Shown one piece after another: positions 57,493 to 64,000 of a stretch of 64,000 bases of DNA. This DNA is from Nibricoccus sp. GTDB lineage: Bacteria; Verrucomicrobiota; Verrucomicrobiia; Opitutales; Opitutaceae. The notes beneath the pieces are model-generated. The model saw nothing but the letters and a program-made list of their open reading frames with translations. It was not told the origin of the DNA and did not search any database. Location of the stretch: contig JASGHG010000001.1 of NCBI GenBank assembly GCA_047602425.1, forward strand, positions 1,056,001 through 1,120,000, read 5' to 3'. Positions within the stretch are counted from its first letter, which is position 1. Each line of letters begins with the position of its first letter. The position numbers were made by a program, and so were the translations under genes.

Positions 57493-58875
57493 TTATTTTT
57501 TGGGCTGGGCGGTGGCTGTGCCTTTAAACTTTTCGCGTTCGTCGATGGACTCCTTGATGAGCTTCAACAGGCTGGTGGCTTCCTTGGATTTTGGATCGGC
57601 CTTCACGGCTTGTTCGGCAGCCGCCAGAGCTTCGTCGAGACGTTTGAGCTCAAGAGCCAGATAAGAAACGAGTACAAGCGTGGGGGCGGGTTTATCGAGA
57701 CCCTTGTTCACCGCGGCTTGGAAATGCTTCAAGGCCTGCTCGGGCTTGTCAGCGTTGTAATAAATCTGGGCAATCAACTGCTCCAAGTTGCCGGCTTTCG
57801 GGAAGAGCTTGATCGCTTCGAGGAAGACTTCAATCGCGCGGGCTTCTTTGCCCATCTGCTGGTAGCAGTTCGCGAGCAATTCCCAGTTGCGCTGTTCCGA
57901 GTCGATTTTTCCGTTGCGCAGGCCTGTTTCCAACAACTCAGCGGCATATTGATGCTGCTGCATGTTGTAATAGAGACCGGCGAGCTGGTAATTATCGCGG
58001 TTGCTCACCATCTGGCCAACGGCTTGTGCGCGTTCCAGCGTGATGACTGCACCGAGTTCGGCATCCTTGTCGTTCGCCGCTTGGAGAGCGAGGTAGGTTT
58101 GGAACAGCATCGGCCAGAAACTCTTGTTGTTCGGGAATTTCTTGACCATGAGCTCGAGCAATTCCGAGCAGGCGGCGTTGTCGCCCAGCTGCTGGAGAGC
58201 AGCAAGGTAGAGCGTGTAATGTTCGTCCTTGGGAGAAATTGTCAGGCGAAGCACTTTGGCTGCTTCTTGCGCCGTCTCTTTCATGCGGTTCAAATCCACT
58301 TCACTGCCAAAGGTCGCTTCGCTGTAAAGAATACGCGCCCACATATACTGCGCTTCGGCAGTCACCTTGGGACCGGAGACCATGCGCTTGCCGTAAGCAT
58401 GCGCCTTCGACATGGCAGCCTGCTGTGCTTCCTTCGTCTTTCCTGGAGCTGCGGCTTCCGCCATGTACAACTGAGAAAGGGTGGAAAGTGTTTCGTTCTC
58501 ATTGATCGGCAGAACGCGGGCCCAACGGAAGAGTCCCTTTTCGTCACCGATCTTCAGCATCGTTTCAAGCGGCTCAATCGCGGCGGCCGGTTCACCTTTG
58601 GTGAAGACGAGCTGCGCTTTGTAGCCGGAAAGAAACGCGCGGTCATAAGAAGACGGTTCGGATTTGGCCAAAAGGCCGTCGATGGTCTTGATCGCTTCGT
58701 CCCACTTTTTGGCTTCGTACATCGCAGCCAAGGGGGCGATGCCAGCGGAAACCTTTTCTGAAAGTTCCGGGGCGTTTTCGACTCGTTGAGCGGAGGCGAT
58801 TGTCGCACCAAAAAGGAGCGACGCTGCCACCGCCATGGCGCCTAAACGAGGGAGGGTTTTGAAAGATGTAAGCAT
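57493..58875 (-). CDS. secreted TPR protein
   Basis: Signal peptide (..ASAQ) and helical TPR-like repeats; follows tonB. Confidence 0.85.
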   Translation of the reverse strand: MLTSFKTLPRLGAMAVAASLLFGATIASAQRVENAPELSEKVSAGIAPLAAMYEAKKWDEAIKTIDGLLAKSEPSSYDRAFLSGYKAQLVFTKGEPAAAIEPLETMLKIGDEKGLFRWARVLPINENETLSTLSQLYMAEAAAPGKTKEAQQAAMSKAHAYGKRMVSGPKVTAEAQYMWARILYSEATFGSEVDLNRMKETAQEAAKVLRLTISPKDEHYTLYLAALQQLGDNAACSELLELMVKKFPNNKSFWPMLFQTYLALQAANDKDAELGAVITLERAQAVGQMVSNRDNYQLAGLYYNMQQHQYAAELLETGLRNGKIDSEQRNWELLANCYQQMGKEARAIEVFLEAIKLFPKAGNLEQLIAQIYYNADKPEQALKHFQAAVNKGLDKPAPTLVLVSYLALELKRLDEALAAAEQAVKADPKSKEATSLLKLIKESIDEREKFKGTATAQPKK

Positions 58876-58887
58876 GGCGGGCGAAGA

Positions 58888-59538
58888 TTATTCCTCGGTG
58901 ATGGCGAAGGAGAAGGGCTGCTGCATTTTGGCGGCAACGGCACGGCCGCCTTTTTTGCCAGCGCGGAATTTCCACTTGTAGATAGCGTCGATGGCAGCGG
59001 AGTCGAAGGCGTGATTATCGGACTTCACCACACGGGCGTCGCGAACGTTGCCGTCGCTGTCGCAGATGAATTCCACCAGCACTTCAGCGCTGATGCCCTG
59101 ACGCTTCATTTCGAAAGGATAAACCGGCTGCACGCGGTTACGCGGCACGGGTTGTTGATCGAGGTTCTTCAGATCGAAAACCTGCGAGATCGCACCCGAA
59201 ATCGGACCCTGCGACTTCGGCACGGTCATGGTGATACCGGCTTTGGGCGGAGGAGGTGGTTGGACCGGCTGAACGAAAGAGTCGATGTTCACCACGCCAG
59301 GGACGTCGGCGACGCTCGGCGGAGCGATGCTGGCGGTCTCGGCGGAAGCTTCGGAGCTATCGGTCGGCTCTGGCGGCTCCGGTTCCATTTCGGGCATGAC
59401 AAGCTTGATGACTTGATCGTCAGTCTTCTTGACCACCTTCTTTTTCTTGAGCCAATCGAAGCTGATCTCGCTGCTTCCCGCCAAACCGGCGTGAATGAGG
59501 ACCGAACAAAGAATGGCAATGATTAAATCGCGGCGCAT
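58888..59538 (-). CDS. tonB: energy transducer TonB
   Basis: TM with SVLIH (SxxxH), Pro-rich linker, PVYP...GISAEVLVEF...WKFRAG. Confidence 0.93.
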   Translation of the reverse strand: MRRDLIIAILCSVLIHAGLAGSSEISFDWLKKKKVVKKTDDQVIKLVMPEMEPEPPEPTDSSEASAETASIAPPSVADVPGVVNIDSFVQPVQPPPPPKAGITMTVPKSQGPISGAISQVFDLKNLDQQPVPRNRVQPVYPFEMKRQGISAEVLVEFICDSDGNVRDARVVKSDNHAFDSAAIDAIYKWKFRAGKKGGRAVAAKMQQPFSFAITEE

Positions 59539-59556
59539 GTTGCAGAGGGGTCGAGG

Positions 59557-59991
59557 TTATTTGCCCGTGGCGCGGTAGACGGTCTCAATCGAGACCTGAG
59601 TGATGCCCACTTTGCGAACTTCATCTAGGGCTGCAACGGTCGGGCCGTATTTGGCGCGATCGTCACCAGCCAGCAGGATGCGTGGATTTTTCGCATTCTG
59701 TTTGTATTGAAAAAGGCGCGGTGCGAGCTCGCGATCCGTAATCAGATCCCTATCCCAGTAGATACCGGCATCGGTTACCTGCAAAATGACTGGAGGGTCG
59801 GGATTGACCTGGGTCGAGGTAGGTGGAGCAGCAACCGGCAGTTCCACCGGAATGGAGAAAATCTTGTTCAACGTCAGGGTGTACAAGACGAAGGTTGCCA
59901 AGAGGAAGAAGACGACGTCGATCAGAGGAATGATCTGAATGTTCGCTCTCTTTCTACCTGAGGATGTTTGTGCTGCGCCGCCACCGGCCAT
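59557..59991 (-). CDS. exbD: biopolymer transporter ExbD
   Basis: IQIIPLIDVVFFLLATF, LAGDD. Confidence 0.93.
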   Translation of the reverse strand: MAGGGAAQTSSGRKRANIQIIPLIDVVFFLLATFVLYTLTLNKIFSIPVELPVAAPPTSTQVNPDPPVILQVTDAGIYWDRDLITDRELAPRLFQYKQNAKNPRILLAGDDRAKYGPTVAALDEVRKVGITQVSIETVYRATGK

Positions 59992-60052
59992 GGTAAGAAT
60001 GGGTTAAGATTAAAGGTGCTTTAGTGACTATAACGCGCGAAGCGGATATTTA

Positions 60053-60490
60053 TTACTGTCCGGCCGGGCGAATACGGGTTTCGAGGTAAACTTTATCAAA
60101 GCCGATCATGCGGGCTTGGTCGAAGACGTAGCGGACCTGACTGAAGTACGCGTTCTCGTCACCGTTGATAAAAATTCTGGCCGATTTGCCTTCGCGGGCG
60201 AAGTAATCACGCATGCGGTCGAGGAAAACTTCCAAGCTGATGCGCTCCTTGTTCCAACCCAAGGAGCCGTCAACTTCAACCGTCACTGTAACGGTATTAC
60301 TCGGATCGCGGCCCTCGCCGGAGACCGCACCCGGCAGCGTGACCGTCAATCCCTCGCTCTTATTGAGCGTGAGTGTAAAGAGAACGAAGGTTGCCAGCAG
60401 AAAGAAAACAACGTCGATCAAAGGAATGATCTGGATGTTCGCTTTCTTAGGACCACCTGGTTTGCCACCACCTGAAGAGCCACCGGCCAT
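60053..60490 (-). CDS. exbD: biopolymer transporter ExbD
   Basis: IQIIPLIDVVFFLLATF, INGDE. Confidence 0.93.
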   Translation of the reverse strand: MAGGSSGGGKPGGPKKANIQIIPLIDVVFFLLATFVLFTLTLNKSEGLTVTLPGAVSGEGRDPSNTVTVTVEVDGSLGWNKERISLEVFLDRMRDYFAREGKSARIFINGDENAYFSQVRYVFDQARMIGFDKVYLETRIRPAGQ

Positions 60491-60577
60491 GGTTGGAAAG
60501 TATTAAATGTGAAAAGGGGCGAGTGTTTCGGCCGATGCGAGAAGCATCAGCCGACCGAAGCGTACCGAATCCAGTGA

Positions 60578-61243
60578 TTAGGAGGTATGAGTTTCGTTCT
60601 TCTTGAGGATGAGCTCAAGAGCGTTCGAAACGTCGGAAATCTCGTGTTTAGCCTGCTCCGCACGGGAGTTGAGGATGTTGAAGGGGAGCAAACCGAGAAT
60701 GGCGATGAAGATACCGCAAGCGGTGGCGATGAGCGCTTCAGCGATACCGCTCATCATGCTGTTGGCAGCTTGAGCGAGGTCACCGGTCAATTCACCGAAG
60801 GTGCGCATCATGCCGGTCACGGTACCAAGAAGACCAAGGAGAGGAGCGGCGGTAATGACGGTGTCGAGAACGGCCACACCCTGCTGGAAGCGTTGGAGCT
60901 CCTGATTGGAAGCGCGGATGAAAGCGTTGGAGAGGGATTGATCGCGGTGCGTGAGAGCATAGCAGAGAATGCGAGCGAGGTAATCCTTGCTCTTCTTGCC
61001 AAGGGCGATGGCGCTTTCGAAGTCGCTTTGCTCAACATGCTCGAGCATCTTCTCAACAACTTCCGGCTCACGGCTGGAAGCTTCGCGCCAAATGAAGATG
61101 GCACGCTCAATGGCGACAGTGACGCCGAGGAAAGAGATAATCAGAATGGGCCACATGATGATGCCACCTTCGTGGAAAAGCTCCATCGGAGTCCGGTGCA
61201 TCAAAAGCTCGAAACGGGCGAGAGGCAGAATACTGGTGATCAT
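60578..61243 (-). CDS. exbB: MotA/TolQ/ExbB proton channel protein
   Basis: GGIIMWPI, APLLGLLGTVTGM, GIAEALIATACG. Confidence 0.94.
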   Translation of the reverse strand: MITSILPLARFELLMHRTPMELFHEGGIIMWPILIISFLGVTVAIERAIFIWREASSREPEVVEKMLEHVEQSDFESAIALGKKSKDYLARILCYALTHRDQSLSNAFIRASNQELQRFQQGVAVLDTVITAAPLLGLLGTVTGMMRTFGELTGDLAQAANSMMSGIAEALIATACGIFIAILGLLPFNILNSRAEQAKHEISDVSNALELILKKNETHTS

Positions 61244-61571
61244 GTTGGATTACGTATTTTTTGGGAGTTAACAGTGAGATATGTTGGTGAGAAAAACTGG
61301 AAGGGGGCGAAAGCGCGGGGCGGCGGGTAGCTCAGCAGGGTCACAGCCAAAGAAAATTAAAAAAACTAAACGGCCGGGATATATAAGCTGAGCGGTTGGC
61401 GGGTATTCGCAATTATAGAAATTGGGTATTTTTTGAAGGGTTACAGGGGAACTAACTGAACGAAGCGGAAGAGGCAAATACGAGGCAGAAAGGACACGAG
61501 TAGTCCTTTCATGAAATTGGTCTGTCAATGCTCTTCTTTAACTTTCTTACGTCAGATTACAGAAGTCGCGT

Positions 61572-61645
61572 TGGCTGCCCGACTAGGACTCGAACCTAGA
61601 CAAAACGAGTCAGAGTCGTTTGTGCTACCATTACACCATCGGGCA
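61572..61645 (-). tRNA. tRNA-Gln(CTG)
   Basis: tgcccgatggtgtaatggtagcac-aacga-ct-CTG-ac-tcgtt...ggttcgagtcc...CCA. Confidence 0.97.
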
Positions 61646-61684
61646 GTAAGAAAAGGAGTAACTCACTCTGACGTAAGAGAAAGC

Positions 61685-61759
61685 TGGAGCCGGCGATGGG
61701 ATTCGAACCCGCAACCGCCTGTTTACAAAACAGGTGCTCTACCATTGAGCTACGCCGGC
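61685..61759 (-). tRNA. tRNA-Thr(TGT)
   Basis: gccggcgtagctcaatggtagagc-cctgt-tt-TGT-aa-acagg...CCA. Confidence 0.97.
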
Positions 61760-61855
61760 AAAGCTTGAAGGGCGGACTCAGCACCGAGGTGCCAGGATTT
61801 TTCCTTTCTTAAGTCTGTAAAAGAACATCCGGCATCTTTGTGGCCACCGGAAATT

Positions 61856-61930
<75 letters not shown>

Positions 61931-62148
61931 AAAAAACGAACCGTGAAAAACTCAGATTTCGCCCCCAGGTGTCAAATCCTTTTGCGGCGAAAATGACTTC
62001 GGACAGTCCGGCGAAGCTCGCCGTCGAAACACGCCCCTCCCCCGCTTTCGAATGCAGCGCCGGCTGTAGTTCCCGCGTCACTACAGCAGCCGTCGATATC
62101 GAAGCCCGGAAGCCGGTCGTCCGGTGGCAGTTACGCCGAAGGCAAATT

Positions 62149-63219
62149 TTAGTCCGCCTCCGCGAGTTTCTGCGCTGTGAAAAGAACCGGCACGCTCATG
62201 CGGACTTCCACCGCCCGACCGTCTTTTTGCGGGGGTTGAAAAACCCATTGAGAAACCGCAACCGTCGCCGCCCAGCCAAAATCCTCGTGGGTCGACGAAA
62301 CGATGCGCGGGAAAAGCACTTTCCCTTCCTTGGTGACGATAAACTCGATTTCCGCCTGACCGGTCAGCCCGTCGTCTTTGAGCGCACGGGGATAAGTAGG
62401 CGAAACCTGGCGGATAAGTTTAGGGCGTTCGGAGAGTTCGGTCGCCGCGAGAATCGACGGCGCGGGTTTGCGCAGCTCCGCCAGCACCCGGCGCGATTCG
62501 GGATCCAGCGAGAGTTCCCCGTCGAATTGATAATGTTCCTTGGCCATGCTCATCACACGCAGGGCTCCCTTCCGGGCGGGTTGATATTCACTGGCCTCGA
62601 CCATGGCGACAACCGCCTTGGCGAAGCTCTTGTTGCTGGCCGCAGAGGAATTTGCAAAAAGAGGCCGTCCCACGTAATCGACCACAAAACTGGCATCCGC
62701 CCAAGCAGGCTGTCCGGCCATAACCACTTCATAGGGGTACACGACCGGCGCTTTGCGTTTTGCCACGGGCACGGAGTTGGAGGGGGTTTCGAGCTGCGGC
62801 GTTTTTTGCGGAGCCGGGTCGCTGCGGACGGCCTTCTCCTCGTTTTGGGTCAAAAACTCCACGGACGCGCGCAGGCGGAAGGTGGAGGGCTGCCCGTCGC
62901 GGGTGCCAGGTTCAAACTTCCAACCATTGACCGCTTTGACCGCGTAGGGATTGAGCTGCTTTTGTGGCGAACTCGTCACCACCGGATCGCGCACGGTGCC
63001 GTCCTGCGTCACAGTAAAGGTGACAATGACGGTGCCTCCCGCTCCCGAACGGAGCAACGAGGTGGGAAAAAGCGGCGCCGGTCGCGAAATGACCTTGGGG
63101 AGCACCTTCGTAGCCCCTCCCCCCTCATCTACGTCTTCAATAATGGCGTCAGCCGCCCTCCCCAGGTTTATTGCAAACAATATACTCAACAGTGCGACGG
63201 CAGATACTAAACTTTTCAT
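62149..63219 (-). CDS. secreted protein with three tandem TonB C-terminal domains
   Basis: Signal peptide; PAPLFP..GTV..WKFEP, APVVYP (degenerate), SPTYP..GQAEIEF..WVFQP. Confidence 0.85.
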   Translation of the reverse strand: MKSLVSAVALLSILFAINLGRAADAIIEDVDEGGGATKVLPKVISRPAPLFPTSLLRSGAGGTVIVTFTVTQDGTVRDPVVTSSPQKQLNPYAVKAVNGWKFEPGTRDGQPSTFRLRASVEFLTQNEEKAVRSDPAPQKTPQLETPSNSVPVAKRKAPVVYPYEVVMAGQPAWADASFVVDYVGRPLFANSSAASNKSFAKAVVAMVEASEYQPARKGALRVMSMAKEHYQFDGELSLDPESRRVLAELRKPAPSILAATELSERPKLIRQVSPTYPRALKDDGLTGQAEIEFIVTKEGKVLFPRIVSSTHEDFGWAATVAVSQWVFQPPQKDGRAVEVRMSVPVLFTAQKLAEAD

Positions 63220-63642
63220 ATATCCAATGTGTTGACGGTTTCGGTTGGATGCAGGTGGACTGACCCGTCCCGTACGGGTTTGTTCACCCTTGGCCCTCCG
63301 GTTTGTATACTAACAGATTGTCGGCCGCCGTCATCGGGTGCGCATGACATTGACGAAGTTTTAGCAGAGGGAAAACCCTCGTCCAACAGGTACAAAACCC
63401 CATGACTGCCATCAATTTTTAAGCCCACAATAATTGTATTAACATATAATATAGCGAAGCCTGATTGTAATGCCTTTATAAAAAAGCCAAACACTATTGT
63501 ATTACCTAAATAGTAAGTGACAGCAGGACGAAAGAAGGTAGCGTCAACCCATCAGTTTGACCGAGGCGGGAGGGAACGCATGGGCGTCATTTGAGGCCGG
63601 GAGGCCGTCGTACCCGCGGAGGACAGGCTGATCTACAAACAT

Positions 63643-64000
63643 ATGAATACGTCGTCCATCCGTACCAGCTGTATATTATTACTTGCCGCGGTCGCACCGA
63701 TCGCGTTTTCCACTCCGGGGATTGCCGCAACCGAAACGAAACCCGCACAACCGGCCGCGGCAACCGCACCGGCCAAGCCGGCCCCCGCACCAGCGGCGGC
63801 TCCGGCAACTAAACCATCTGAACCCGCCAAGTCCGCCGCGGTTCAGGCTCCCGCTCCGGCTGCGAAACCCGCCCCGGCCCCCGCGGCGGCTCAAAAACCA
63901 GCCGAGACACCTAAGCCTCTTCCGCCGGAAACATCGCCCACCGCCGCCGCAGGCGACGAGGTCCTCGTGATGGACACCGTTTACGCGTTTGGCCGGTTCA
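63643..64000 (+). CDS. secreted Pro/Ala-rich protein, possibly a TonB-dependent receptor N-terminus (runs off the window)
   Basis: MNTSSIRTSCILLLAAVAPIAFSTPGIA signal, PA-rich linker, DEVLVMDTVYAFG TonB-box-like segment. Confidence 0.65.
   Translation, partial: MNTSSIRTSCILLLAAVAPIAFSTPGIAATETKPAQPAAATAPAKPAPAPAAAPATKPSEPAKSAAVQAPAPAAKPAPAPAAAQKPAETPKPLPPETSPTAAAGDEVLVMDTVYAFGRF

Noticed and set aside
61244..61570. Possible Fur box or riboswitch upstream of exbB
   Set aside because: AT-rich, but I found no convincing 19-bp Fur palindrome and no cobalamin or TPP riboswitch core.

Overview
GC-rich bacterial chromosomal region. Gene content and protein style suggest Verrucomicrobiota, probably Opitutaceae (inference). 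It is mostly core genes: panE (partial), nadB, panC, dapL, cysC-cysD-cysN, acyP, an RlmI-like methyltransferase, prfC, a D,D-carboxypeptidase, def, a PIN-PhoH protein, tcdA, hslO, msrA and pyrE, plus five tRNAs (Ser-GCT, Pro-CGG, Gln-CTG, Thr-TGT, Lys-CTT). It also carries two-component genes, scattered polysaccharide enzymes (GH44, two PL1 pectate lyases, GH105, an esterase) and an extended exbB-exbD-exbD-tonB-TPR operon. No integrase, transposase or CRISPR array was seen. Best leads: (1) a 'hypothetical' operon at 29.5-32.9 kb with the hallmarks of a divergent MotA/ExbB + MotB/ExbD ion-motor pair, whose B subunit carries a long coiled coil and a trypsin-like domain; (2) heptad-repeat inverted elements, one inserted in frame inside prfC and one filling the cysD-cysN gap; (3) a candidate ECF-sigma-driven sRNA of about 100 nt at 35.3-35.4 kb; (4) two perfect tandem DnaA boxes abutting the PIN-PhoH start codon; (5) a recurrent 27-bp palindrome; (6) two frameshifted genes and two small ORFs missed by the ORF track. 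All family calls come from motif recognition by eye; no searches were run.
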